33,452 bases of DNA from Octopus bimaculoides (Eukaryota), in the NCBI RefSeq assembly GCF_001194135.2, contig NC_069002.1, positions 32,799,391 to 32,832,842 of the forward strand, read 5' to 3'. This document shows positions 11,100-22,666 of the stretch, piece after piece; position 1 is the stretch's first letter, and every line of letters begins with the position of its first letter. A model generated the notes under the pieces. That model was not told the origin of the DNA. It saw nothing but the letters and a program-made list of their open reading frames with translations, and searched no databases. Made by a program: the position numbers and the translations under genes.

Positions 11100-11738
11100 A
11101 CATAGTCACGAATGGCATAGCTTTGATCTTACTCCCAGTAAACCGGGGGTGGTCATGCGCTAAACATCAACAACGATGACAAAGGATTCATGCGTGCATT
11201 TGAATTGCTAGAAATAGTGACTATATGTCTTTTAGCGTATATTTTCGCTTGCTCTCTTAGATAAGGAAACGGTACGATGGATAATGTCGCCTTGGATATA
11301 GCAAAACAGACAGAATTGTCATGGATGAAATAGTTTTAATCATAAGACCTCCCCCAACTGAAACATGGACGAAAAGGTATTAACAAAGAAAGGACGACAC
11401 CAGCGGTAATTNNNNNNNNNNNNNNNNNNNNNNNNNNNNNNNNNNNNNNNNNNNNNNNNNNNNNNNNNNNNNNNNNNNNNNNNNNNNNNNNNNNNNNNNN
11501 NNNNNNNNNNNNNNNNNNNNNNNNNNNNNNNNNNNNNNNNNNNNNNNNNNNNNNNNNNNNNNNNNNNNNNNNNNNNNNNNNNNNNNNNNNNNNNNNNNNN
11601 NNNNNNNNNNNNNNNNNNNNNNNNNNNNNNNNNNNNNNNNNNNNNNNNNNNNNNNNNNNNNNNNNNNNNNNNNNNNNNNNNNNNNNNNNNNNNNNNNNNN
11701 NNNNNNNNNNNNNNNNNNNNNNNNNNNTATATATATAT

Positions 11739-11902
11739 ACGACGAGCTTGTCCTTAGTTTCCTTCTACCAAATCCACTCACAAGCCTTTGGTCGTCCTGA
11801 AACTATAGTACAAGACATTTGTCCAAGATGTCAATCAATGGGACTGAACCCGGAACCATTCAGTTGGGAGCAAGCTTCGTACCACACAGCCGCTCCTGCG
11901 CC
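11739..11902 (-). mobile_element. SINE family B head running into (TA)n and a gap
   Basis: Reverse complement reads GGCGCAGGAGCGGCTGTGTGGT...CCGGGTTCAGTCCC...GTGAGTGGATTTGGTAGAAGGAAAC...GCTCGTCGTATATA. Confidence 0.85.
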
Positions 11903-11923
11903 TTTGTTATTCTTTTTCGCTTT

Positions 11924-12140
11924 TGTTTCAAATTTTGGCACAATACCAGCAATAATAAGTGGGGGTGGGGTCAAATGGAATATGTCGACTCAGTAAATGA
12001 CTGGTAAATTATTTTATCGACCCCGCACTGAGAGGAGGAATGGTAAATTTGACCTTGGCGGGATTTGATCTAATAACGTGAGAGCAGGAAGTAATACCGC
12101 CCAACATTTTGTACGACGCGCTAACAGCTATGTAACATCG
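11924..12140 (-). mobile_element. SINE family A, diverged copy
   Basis: Contains the reverse complement of ...ATCAAATCCCGCCAAGGTCAAATTTACC...GGGGTCGATAAAATAATTTACCAGTC...GTGCCAAAATTTGAAAC. Confidence 0.75.
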
Positions 12141-12619
12141 ATGTGCTAGACTTCACAAGCAGTTCTGACAGCAACAACAATAAGAGACAAAACCAAATAA
12201 GGAATAAACTCGATGAAAAGCAAAATGAAGGAAAAAAATAGAAAGAAAGGTTAATGTAAGAAGAATATATTCAACATGGCGGTTATAACGTAAAAAGGTC
12301 AAGAAATTCTTCAAAAAAAGATGAAAAACAAGAAATGAAATTCGGATATTATCAAGAAGAAGAAGATGATGCATATGGTGATGAGGATGATGATGATGAT
12401 GAAGGTGAAGAACAACCACAACAACAAAAACCAAAACTACGCCAAGAACGACAATAAGAACAAGTTAAATAACAATGAAATATATATATATAAAAACGTA
12501 TCATCAACAACTTAGACAAGTGCAAAAACAAGACTAAGACCAACAACATAACCAGAGCAACGTCGAAATCTATAACATCAATTCGAAGTTAGCACGTGAA
12601 AACCTACACCAAAAACTTC

Positions 12620-13000
12620 AGCAACAACAACAACCACAACAACAACAACAAGCGCTGCAACTCCAAATATCAACAACCAAAATATCATCATCATCATCAT
12701 CATCATCTTTATCATCATCATCAACTTTATCATAATCACTCATCATCGCCATCATCATCATCTTTATCATCATCATCATCTTTATCATCATCAATAATCA
12801 TCGTCGTCATCATCATCATCATCATCATCATCATCAAGCTCATCATCACCACCATCATCACCATCCTCATCGCCATCATTATCATCACCGTCATCATCAT
12901 CATCATCATCATCATCACCATCATCACCATCCTGACCATCATCATCATCATCCTCATCATCATCATCATCATCATCATCATCGCCAACATCATCATCATG
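12620..13000. repeat. (CAA)n then long imperfect (CAT)n trinucleotide array
   Basis: Read directly; it generates the poly-I/H/S/M ORFs in the track. Confidence 0.95.
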
Positions 13001-13271
13001 TTCATCACGATGGTCTTAATCGCCAGCCTCAAGAAGAAGTCGAAGAAAATGAAGAAGATGAAGAAGATGAAGGAGAAGAAGGTGAATACGAACAAGAAGA
13101 GCACCAGTACATATCGGTAAGAGAGCAGACAGAGAAGATGCAACCATGCAGAACTTCTAATGCGATAAAAATCTGTTAAGTGCCAACTGCTATCCACATC
13201 GAACGTAAAATATCATTTCACGTCCATCAACAGAGTGAGAACATTATCGATTCTAGATTCCACACTCCTCG

Positions 13272-13400
13272 GAGTAGTAGTAGTAGTAGTAGTTGTAGTA
13301 GTAGCAGTAGTAGTAGTACTAGTAGTAGTAGCAGTAAATGTAGTAGTGGTGGTGGTGGTGGTGGCAGTGGTGTTGGTGGTGTTTTTGGTGGAGTAGGTAT
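13272..13400. repeat. (AGT)n-(GGT)n trinucleotide array
   Basis: Read directly from the sequence. Confidence 0.9.
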
Positions 13401-13731
13401 GAACTGACATTTTGCCAACTTCGTCTCTTTCTCATCAGAAACGTCGAGTATCTTCTCTCTCTCTCTTTCTTTCACTCTCCCTTTCACTCTCTCTTTCTCA
13501 TTCTCCCTCTCTTTATATATTTCTATCTTTCTCTCTTTCTCTCTTTCTCTCTTGTTCTGTACTTCTATTTTGTCTATTTTGATGTGTTTTAGCATTTTGG
13601 GTTAGTAGCTATCATTATGGATATGCATAGACATAAGTTTACATACAGACTTAAATACATAGTTATACGTATACACATAAAAAACATACATACACACACA
13701 CAGAGAAACATGTGTATATATAAATATGTGC

Positions 13732-13762
<31 letters not shown>

Positions 13763-13857
13763 CACGCACACGCGCAGATACACATGTTTCTGTATATACA
13801 CGTACATACGAGGAAGCGTATATGCATGTAGGGGTGTATGTATGTATGTATGTATAT

Positions 13858-13892
<35 letters not shown>

Positions 13893-14212
13893 NNNNNNNN
13901 NNNNNNNNNNNNNNNNNNNNNNNNNNNNNNNNNNNNNNNNNNNNNNNNNNNNNNNNNNNNNNNNNNNNNNNNNNNNNNNNNNNNNNNNNNNNNNNNNNNN
14001 NNNNNNNNNNNNNNNNNNNNNNNNNNNNNNNNNNNNNNNNNNNNNNNNNNNNNNNNNNNNNNNNNNNNNNNNNNNNNNNNNNNNNNNNNNNNNNNNNNNN
14101 NNNNNNNNNNNNNNNNNNNNNNNNNNNNNNNNNNNNNNNNNNNNNNNNNNNNNNNNNNNNNNNNNNNNNNNNNNNNNNNNNNNNNNNNNNNNNNNNNNNN
14201 NNNNNNNNNNNN

Positions 14213-14273
<61 letters not shown>

Positions 14274-14289
14274 TGTGTGTGTAATTGTC

Positions 14290-14375
14290 TTTTATAATAG
14301 CTTCGTGTCGACCAAAGCCTTGCGAATGGACGTACTAGACGGAAACTGAAGAAAGCCCGTCGTTTATATATATGT
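14290..14375 (+). mobile_element. SINE family B fragment (3' half of head) followed by microsatellite
   Basis: ATAGCTTCGTGTCGACCAAAGCCTTGCGAATGGACGTACTAGACGGAAACTGAAGAAAGCCCGTCGTTTATATATATG matches the family B head end. Confidence 0.8.
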
Positions 14376-14902
14376 ATATGTATGTGTGTCTGTGGGTGTG
14401 TACCTGTTTGCGCGAGTGCATGTGTGTGTGTATGTGCCTGTGTATGCGCGCGTATCTTTATATTGCGTGCGCATGAGTCACTTGTAATATGTGTTTCCCG
14501 TTCGTGGTTTTCAAACGACAGCAATTGAAATATCAGTAATCTTCGCATTCTATCACACACACACACACACAGACACACATGCATATATTTATATATACCT
14601 ATACACAAATGTGTGGATATATGTACACACGTATTTGCAAATTTGCGTGTATTACGTAAGAAATGAGATTAAATATGCATAATATAAAGACACCTGGGAG
14701 AAGTCACGTTGAATAGAGTGAAAATAAAAGAGAGCATTCGGGCGGCGAGCAAGCGAACGAGAGAGAAAGAGGGCGAGAGAAAAAGAGAGTTGGAGATAGA
14801 GATAGAGAGAGAGACTATGAATGACAATAAGGGTAGGAGATACAGATCAACATATATCCATGTATGTAAATACATTGCTGTTTATAGAATTAAGTAGACA
14901 TG

Positions 14903-14933
<31 letters not shown>

Positions 14934-14935
14934 AA

Positions 14936-14970
<35 letters not shown>

Positions 14971-15876
14971 NNNNNNNNNNNNNNNNNNNNNNNNNNNNNN
15001 NNNNNNNNNNNNNNNNNNNNNNNNNNNNNNNNNNNNNNNNNNNNNNNNNNNNNNNNNNNNNNNNNNNNNNNNNNNNNNNNNNNNNNNNNNNNNNNNNNNN
15101 NNNNNNNNNNNNNNNNNNNNNNNNNNNNNNNNNNNNNNNNNNNNNNNNNNNNNNNNNNNNNNNNNNNNNNNNNNNNNNNNNNNNNNNNNNNNNNNNNNNN
15201 NNNNNNNNNNNNNNNNNNNNNNNNNNNNNNNNNNNNNNNNNNNNNNNNNNNNNNNNNNNNNNNNNNNNNNNNNNNNNNNNNNNNNNNNNNNNNNNNNNNN
15301 NNNNNNNNNNNNNNNNNNNNNNNNNNNNNNNNNNNNNNNNNNNNNNNNNNNNNNNNNNNNNNNNNNNNNNNNNNNNNNNNNNNNNNNNNNNNNNNNNNNN
15401 NNNNNNNNNNNNNNNNNNNNNNNNNNNNNNNNNNNNNNNNNNNNNNNNNNNNNNNNNNNNNNNNNNNNNNNNNNNNNNNNNNNNNNNNNNNNNNNNNNNN
15501 NNNNNNNNNNNNNNNNNNNNNNNNNNNNNNNNNNNNNNNNNNNNNNNNNNNNNNNNNNNNNNNNNNNNNNNNNNNNNNNNNNNNNNNNNNNNNNNNNNNN
15601 NNNNNNNNNNNNNNNNNNNNNNNNNNNNNNNNNNNNNNNNNNNNNNNNNNNNNNNNNNNNNNNNNNNNNNNNNNNNNNNNNNNNNNNNNNNNNNNNNNNN
15701 NNNNNNNNNNNNNNNNNNNNNNNNNNNNNNNNNNNNNNNNNNNNNNNNNNNNNNNNNNNNNNNNNNNNNNNNNNNNNNNNNNNNNNNNNNNNNNNNNNNN
15801 NNNNNNNNNNNNNNNNNNNNNNNNNNNNNNNNNNNNNNNNNNNNNNNNNNNNNNNNNNNNNNNNNNNNNNNNNNNN

Positions 15877-15908
<32 letters not shown>

Positions 15909-16214
15909 TATTTGGATATATTTGCATAGTTTTGTTGTCTATCTATCTAGATATTACTAGCTTTTACACGGTAAAGGTTAACAGAGACTTTAAAAATTCA
16001 GCTTAAAACTCAACATCACATTGTGTTCTGACGTAAATATTAATAAGTATGGCACTAAAAAGCAACGTGGGCTATCTTCCATCATATATATATATATATT
16101 TACATATTTATATTGATTTATATTTATATTGATGAATGCATTGATCTGTTCATGTGCATGTGTATGTAAGGGTTGGGCAAGTCCGTATATACATTAAAAT
16201 ATGCGTGCGTGTCT

Positions 16215-16250
<36 letters not shown>

Positions 16251-18069
16251 GTAAGTGTGTGTATGTGTGTGTCGGTGTGTATGTATGTGAGTGTGTTTTT
16301 ATGTACATATATGTATATATATATGTAGGTATATGTGTGTATAGATATATGCATATGTGTACGATATATATGTGAGTATGTTTGTGTATGCATGTACTTT
16401 TGTGTCTCAACCTGTTTTCGTGAGTAAACGCAATCTTTTCCCATCGCAGAAGAAATAAAGGGTGATGATGTACTCAATGAATGATAATCACGCTGATGGC
16501 CGACTTCTAGATATTCCCTTTAGTTGGATTCCGTCATCGGGATATTTAGTGTATCCTGCATTGGAGATTGACGTCCGAATCACCTCCGAAAGTAGATATC
16601 ATATTCTATCTATAATGGACCAGAAATAAACAATACCAAAAGCAACCACAGCTACAAGTACAAATTGTAAGCCTGACGGAGTTTAAACGTAGTAACTCAT
16701 TCTGCAAGAAACAGTTCGTCATATGTTCCTCAAATCATTCATTATATTATGTTGTCTTATTACAACTTTAATCCGCCATCACGTTAAACGGCTCTAGTTG
16801 ACTTCATTCACTCTGAAGTAAGCATTTAATGTATGCTTCCTTATGTAGATATATCATTTCAGTTATTTCCCTTATGGATTTTCAGATTTACGATATATGT
16901 AAGGAATTGCTTCAATTGCAACCGAAAACCTATTGCCTCACTTCTAGATTCATCTTTCGTCTATCTCAATCTGATTTATGCCATGAGGAACACATAAATG
17001 TTTATCTGATCCTAGACTGAAAATTTAGTTGCTAAACATATCCCTATTATATTTCTTTCAATATGTTTCAAATTCATTTCTGTCTTCGGCCGATAAAATA
17101 CAGATTCATAATTTGAGCTCTGTCGCAAGTAATAAGATTGTTCTCCGTTTTCAGTAAATGCAAGACAGGGTAAGAGAAAATGAGAAAGGATTGTAATGTG
17201 GTGGATATAAGGATATATATAAATGGATATTCATCTCTCTACTATTTACATACACAACCACACACACACACACATTTATATATGACCTAATTAGTTCTAA
17301 CACCAGTTGGTGTGCGATATGGATACACAATACCTCCTTACCCACCTCGTCCTTATATAGCACCAATCACAATAAATCCTATCATACTAATGTACACATT
17401 GCTAGTCTTATCCATTAGCTTTAGATATCGACCCTTCCATTATTTTAAAACATAAACTATATATATGATAACAACAATAACAACGAAAATTATAACAACA
17501 GCGATATTGGTGTTGATGATGACTATAATGATGATGATAGTGGTAGTGATGGTGGTGGTGATGGTGAAAAGCACAAAAATATCAGCCGAGAAAATACTAG
17601 CCCCTCCCTTTCCGCTGTAATCTTCCTGCTGCGCCCTCAATGATTGCAACATGAAACGAACCTATCATGATGACTGTTCACTTTTTCCCTATCTCGAATC
17701 TCAACGGTTCTGGCGTTGCTTGATCTTTAATTCAGTCTTTTATTTTATGATTCCCCAAAACCATTCCTTCTCTATTTATTTATTAATATATTTATTACAT
17801 TTTTCTTTTACGTTTGTTTGAACGTATTTGATGGTTCACATAAGAGAAGAAACTCCCAACGTGTATGTGCACGCGTAGGAGTTGGAAAGTCAAGTGGAAC
17901 AAGATACTACATATTTGTATATTTGTTCAACGCACCTAGTTTAGTCATGGAAGCTTGCACAGAATGTGTCTGCATTGCACATGGTTCGGACTTGTCTTTA
18001 TTTTGCGAATATGATTGTTAACGGAGTTATATTTGTTACATCTAAGCATAAAATAATTTATATACTTTA

Positions 18070-18472
18070 TTTTTTTTACTTTTTACTTGTTTCAGTCATT
18101 TGACTGTGGCCATACTAGAGCACCGCCTTCAGTCGAGCAAATCGACCCCAGGACTTATTCTTTGTAAGCCTAGTACTTATTCTGTCGGTCTCTTTTGGCC
18201 GAACCGCTAAGTTACGGGGACCAAAATACACCAGCATCAGTTGTCAAGCGATGTTGGGTGGACAAACACAGACACACAAACATACACACGCACATACATA
18301 TATACATATATACAACGGGCTTCNNNNNNNNNNTCTTTCAGTTTCCGTCTACCACATCCACTCACAAGGCTTTGGTCGGCCCGAGGCTATAGCAGAAGAC
18401 ACTTGCCCAAGGTGCCACGCAGTGGGACTGAACCCGGAACCATGTGGTTGGTAAGCAAGCTACTTACCACAC
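18070..18472 (-). mobile_element. SINE family B, full structure
   Basis: Head at 18334-18472 (B-box CCGGGTTCAGTCCC; GGCACCTTGGGCAAGTGTCTTC), short (TG/TA)n, tail at 18070-18275 ending GACTGAAACAAGTAAAAAG. Confidence 0.9.
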
Positions 18473-18502
18473 TTTCTGTCCACATACATATACGTACGTT
18501 CA

Positions 18503-18780
18503 CAGCTACATAACTGCCGATATGAATGTCACTTTGAGTTTCAAAATCAAAGAGAATTCCTATAAAGAATTGTCTCGAAAATTTCTGCTTCTGTATCCAG
18601 ATTATCATTTCACATCTATGCCAATAACGACCGGTGCTCTTTGTCGTGCTGGTAAATACCTGGGTGACAATCTGGAGGAGCTAGGGCTTTCAGAAAAAGA
18701 AATCATTCAGTTATTATGCAAATCACAAATGTTATTTATAAGCGGAGCAATACAGATACGCAAAATTTTCTCAAGAAAAA
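18503..18780 (+). mobile_element. R4/Dong-like (RLE-type) non-LTR retrotransposon, C-terminal restriction-like endonuclease fragment
   Basis: Inside ORF 18444-18878: ADMNVTLSFKIKENSYKELSRKFLLLYPDYHFTSMPITTGALCRAGKYLGDNLEELGLSEKEIIQLLCKSQMLFISGAIQIRKIF. This resembles the RLE tail pattern CPAD.N....K.EK...Y..L...LQ.LYP.Y.F...PI..GALG...K.L...L..LG....Q...I.GT..I.K.F. Confidence 0.72.
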
Positions 18781-20266
18781 CATTCCACATTATTTTTGTT
18801 CCCTATATTTCATTGATAGGGTTGTTTACGTTTATTAAAAATAGACCTCTTCCTTACAGGAAAACTCCAAATAAGTAAAAGTAAGAGGAAAGATAAAAGC
18901 ACGCGCTTACATACACTCTCTCTCTCCCTCTTCCTCAAACACCACACACACATACACATCCACACAGAGACTAGCACATACGTGTTTATGTGTGTGTGTG
19001 CATACTTGTTAGGAAATTTTTTCTTTCTTCTCTGTCAGTAGGAAACCTTAGGTACCAGAAACATGATAAATACTCTATTGAAAAGAATTGTTTTTTGTTA
19101 TCCGCTTTCCCGATTTTTGAGCACACTCTGTACCAGGTCATTATAAACACACGCACACACACACATACACACACGCACACACCCACACACACACACACAC
19201 ACGCACACACACACTGACACACACGCTTCCTGTCGCTTTCACTCTTCGTCTTTCTCACTCAAACACACATCAGCCGGAAGATTTTCCGCACAGGTTCCTT
19301 AAACTAAATGTGATTCACNNNNNNNNNNNNNNNNNNNNNNNNNNNNNNNNNNNNNNNNNNNNNNNNNNNNNNNNNNNNNNNNNNNNNNNNNNNNNNNNNN
19401 NNNNNNNNNNNNNNNNNNNNNNNNNNNNNNNNNNNNNNNNNNNNNNNNNNNNNNNNNNNNNNNNNNNNNNNNNNNNNNNNNNNNNNNNNNNNNNNNNNNN
19501 NNNNNNNNNNNNNNNNNNNNNNNNNNNNNNNNNNNNNNNNNNNNNNNNNNNNNNNNNNNNNNNNNNNNNNNNNNNNNNNNNNNNNNNNNNNNNNNNNNNN
19601 NNNNNNNNNNNNNNNNNNNNNNNNNNNNNNNNNNNNNNNNNNNNNNNNNNNNNNNNNNNNNNNNNNNNNNNNNNNNNNNNNNNNNNNNNNNNNNNNNNNN
19701 NNNNNNNNNNNNNNNNNNNNNNNNNNNNNNNNNNNNNNNNNNNNNNNNNNNNNNNNNNNNNNNNNNNNNNNNNNNNNNNNNNNNNNNNNNNNNNNNNNNN
19801 NNNNNNNNNNNNNNNNNNNNNNNNNNNNNNNNNNNNNNNNNNNNNNNNNNNNNNNNNNNNNNNNNNNNNNNNNNNNNNNNNNNNNNNNNNNNNNNNNNNN
19901 NNNNNNNNNNNNNNNNNNNNNNNNNNNNNNNNNNNNNNNNNNNNNNNNNNNNNNNNNNNNNNNNNNNNNNNNNNNNNNNNNNNNNNNNNNNNNNNNNNNN
20001 NNNNNNNNNNNNNNNNNNNNNNNNNNNNNNNNNNNNNNNNNNNNNNNNNNNNNNNNNNNNNNNNNNNNNNNNNNNNNNNNNNNNNNNNNNNNNNNNNNNN
20101 NNNNNNNNNNNNNNNNNNNNNNNNNNNNNNNNNNNNNNNNNNNNNNNNNNNNNNNNNNNNNNNNNNNNNNNNNNNNNNNNNNNNNNNNNNNNNNNNNNNN
20201 NNNNNNNNNNNNNNNNNNNNNNNNNNNNNNNNNNNNNNNNNNNNNNNNNNNNNNNNNNNNNNNNNN

Positions 20267-20267
<1 letters not shown>

Positions 20268-20348
<81 letters not shown>

Positions 20349-20402
20349 CTTCATTATTATTGTTCCTGTTATTATTTTATTTATTTATCATCATAATCAT
20401 CA
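20268..20402. repeat. (ATT)n array
   Basis: Read directly; flanks the 19319-20267 gap. Confidence 0.95.
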
Positions 20403-20444
20403 CCATGAAGTCGGTGTTTTCACGGAAATATTAAAGGATCTGAA

Positions 20445-20607
20445 AACGCCACTTCTGCTGGATCTTAACGCTGAAGGTTCAAATGCCGTTGACGTAAGCA
20501 TTGCCTTTCATTCCCCCGAGGCCTAAAACGTAAGCTCCCATTCATCAGTGGACAAGTTGTTATCCACTATTTCTTATAATTGCTCAACATATGCCGAAAA
20601 TTGAAAC
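20445..20607 (+). mobile_element. SINE family A-like, highly diverged fragment
   Basis: GGTTCAAATGCCGTTGACGTAAGCATTGCCTTTCATTCC resembles the family A B-box region, and the segment ends TGCCGAAAATTGAAAC. Confidence 0.5.
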
Positions 20608-20643
20608 ACGTTACAATCAGTAGTAGTAGTAATGTTATATCGT

Positions 20644-21072
20644 CATGTAGTTGTGATACACGTTCCAGGTAAACTCTTATTAGACGAGAAGTCATGATGG
20701 GTATACCCGTCTGATAAGGGTACACCAGGCACATACACTACATGCACCATATGTGCGCGTCGATAAACAGCGCATGACCTCGCAGGTAGGGCCCAGTTAG
20801 AATTTTCTTCAGGTCGAGTAGCCCATCCCGCTCAAAAAGTCCCTGAATAAGGTTTGTTTAAGGATGTTGAGCAAAACACCCATGTTTCCAAAAGTGAATT
20901 ATCCAAACTCCAAAGAATTCCTCTCAACACATGGCTATGATGCTTCCCCACTACTTCTGCTCGTGATCAGAGATGCACATATCGTCAGCCACCAAGGGAC
21001 ATGCTTAACTGGTTAAGATCAAACAACTGACAAGCAAATCTGTAGTATTGAGCAGAATATTTGCTGTAGCCC
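20644..21072. repeat. Unclassified interspersed-repeat-like block with a fold-back at its left end, abutting (ATT)n
   Basis: More GC-rich than its flanks, no ORF, ends abruptly at the (ATT)n array at 21073, and has an inverted repeat at 20644-20744. It resembles a repeat I recall from octopus DNA, which cannot be verified here. Confidence 0.45.
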
Positions 21073-21092
21073 TATTATCATTATTATCATTA

Positions 21093-21164
<72 letters not shown>
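21073..21164. repeat. (ATT)n array
   Basis: Read directly from the sequence. Confidence 0.95.
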
Positions 21165-21165
<1 letters not shown>

Positions 21166-21179
21166 TTTCTACTTAAGGC

Positions 21180-21357
21180 AGTCCTGAACTTTTTTGGTGA
21201 GATGGCAGAAGTACATTACATCAAGCGCAGCGCTTGACTGGCTCTTATTTTATCGGCCCCGATAGTATGAACGACAAAGTCAACCTCGGCAGCATTCGGA
21301 CTCAGAACTCGTTTTTAACCCTCGTTAAGATGAGTGAAATGTCGCCAAGCATTTTTT
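21180..21357 (-). mobile_element. SINE family A, 5'-truncated copy
   Basis: Reverse complement reads AAATGCTTGGCGACATTTCACTCATCTT...GTTCTGAGTCCGAATGCTGCCGAGGTTGACTTTGTCGTTCAT...GGGGCCGATAAAATAAGAGCCAGTC. Confidence 0.75.
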
Positions 21358-21364
21358 TCCCTGA

Positions 21365-21440
21365 ATGCTTAGCGGCATTTGGTCTGTCTTTACGCTCTGA
21401 GTTCAAATTCTGCCGCGGTCTACTTTGCTGTTTATCTACT
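21365..21440 (+). mobile_element. SINE family A fragment, head-to-head with the previous copy
   Basis: AATGCTTAGCGGCATTTGGTCTGTCTTTACGCTCTGAGTTCAAATTCTGCCGCGGTCTACTTTGC. Confidence 0.8.
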
Positions 21441-21449
21441 GAATGCAGT

Positions 21450-21650
21450 GCGCTAGCAGAATCGTTAATGCGCCGGATAAAATGCTTGGCAATATTTAAT
21501 CCGTCCACACCTTCTGAGTTCAAGTAACACCGGAGTCAACTTTGCCGTTCAAATATTCGGTATGGATCAAATAAGTACCAGTTGAGCGCTGGCGTCGATA
21601 TAATCAACTTATCTCCTTCCCTTGCAGTTACTGTGCCAACATTTGAAACC
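21450..21650 (+). mobile_element. SINE family A, near full length, diverged
   Basis: GCTAGCAGAATCGTTAATGCGCCGGATAAAATGCTTGGC...TTCTGAGTTCAAG...AAATAAGTACCAGTTGAGCGCTGGCGTCGAT...GTGCCAACATTTGAAACC. Confidence 0.8.
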
Positions 21651-21699
21651 GTTACTTGGCATTGATAGAAGTAGAAGGTTGCTCAGTTGGCTGCTGCAG

Positions 21700-21739
<40 letters not shown>

Positions 21740-22215
21740 GATAATGATTACGATGACTGCAGCAGCATCAGTATTAAGCACCACCACAGCAAACACGAGC
21801 AGCAGCCACAACAAAACAACAAGAAGAACAACAACAATGACCTCTACAACAGGTAGAGAAACGACAACAAACACGGCAACATTTTCAACAAGAAGAAAAC
21901 GAAACAGAAAAAATGGCGAAAAATAGTTTGATCTTCTTTGAAGATAATAAGCATTATTCGGTGGAAGCCATAAGTATTCAGCCGATTTATTTCTACTGTC
22001 TAATCTTGGGGGTAGGGGTGGGATTTGACTTAAGGATCGCCACTCGGTTGCAGGCGTTCGAATAAGATCTTCGATCTTAGGAGAATTACCATCCTTCTCG
22101 CTGCCAGTCCTGGGGTGGCGCTAGGTAGGCTTGTGAACTATCATGGCCGCCATAATAATTCCTTCTTTTGTGGGGCCATATAAGAATCAGCCATAGCAAT
22201 ATATAATTAATAAAT

Positions 22216-22407
22216 GAGTAGTGGCTGTATAGTAAGAAGCTTGCCTCCCATCCACATGGTTCTCGAGTTCAGGCCCACTATGTGACACCTTGGACAAGTG
22301 CCCGCTACTGTACCCCGGGCCGACCGAAGCCTTGTGAGTGGTTTTGATAGAAGTGGATTATTTATACACTCACCCACACACACAAATATATTTATACACA
22401 CACATAA

Positions 22408-22443
<36 letters not shown>

Positions 22444-22666
22444 GCGTTTGTCCCTCATCACCGCTTGACAACTTGTACTGGTGTGTTTACGCCCCCCGTA
22501 ACTTAGCAGTTCTTTAAAAGAAACTGATAGAATAAGTACCAGCCTTACAAAAAAAAAAAACATTAAGAAAAACAAGAAAAGAAATAAATTTTGCTCGATT
22601 CATTCGACTAAAATGCTTCAAGGCGTACCCCAGTATGGCCACAGTAAATGACTGAAACAGTAAATA
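22216..22666 (+). mobile_element. SINE family B, full structure
   Basis: Head GTGGCTGTATAGTAAGAAGCTTGC...GAGTTCAGGCCC...GACACCTTGGACAAGTG, internal (TG)n at about 22410-22445, tail ...CCCCGTAACTTAGCAG...GATAGAATAAGTACCAG...GACTGAAACAGTAAA. Confidence 0.88.

Noticed and set aside
13415-13450. CTGATGA on the minus strand followed by GAAAGAGACGAAG
   Set aside because: No stem II, GAAG instead of GAAA, and no stem I or III, so a chance match to the hammerhead box.
17818-18021. Cys-rich ORF end MEACTECVCIAHGSDLSLFCEYDC
   Set aside because: No recognisable domain spacing, only a weak donor site, and TG-rich sequence yields Cys by chance.
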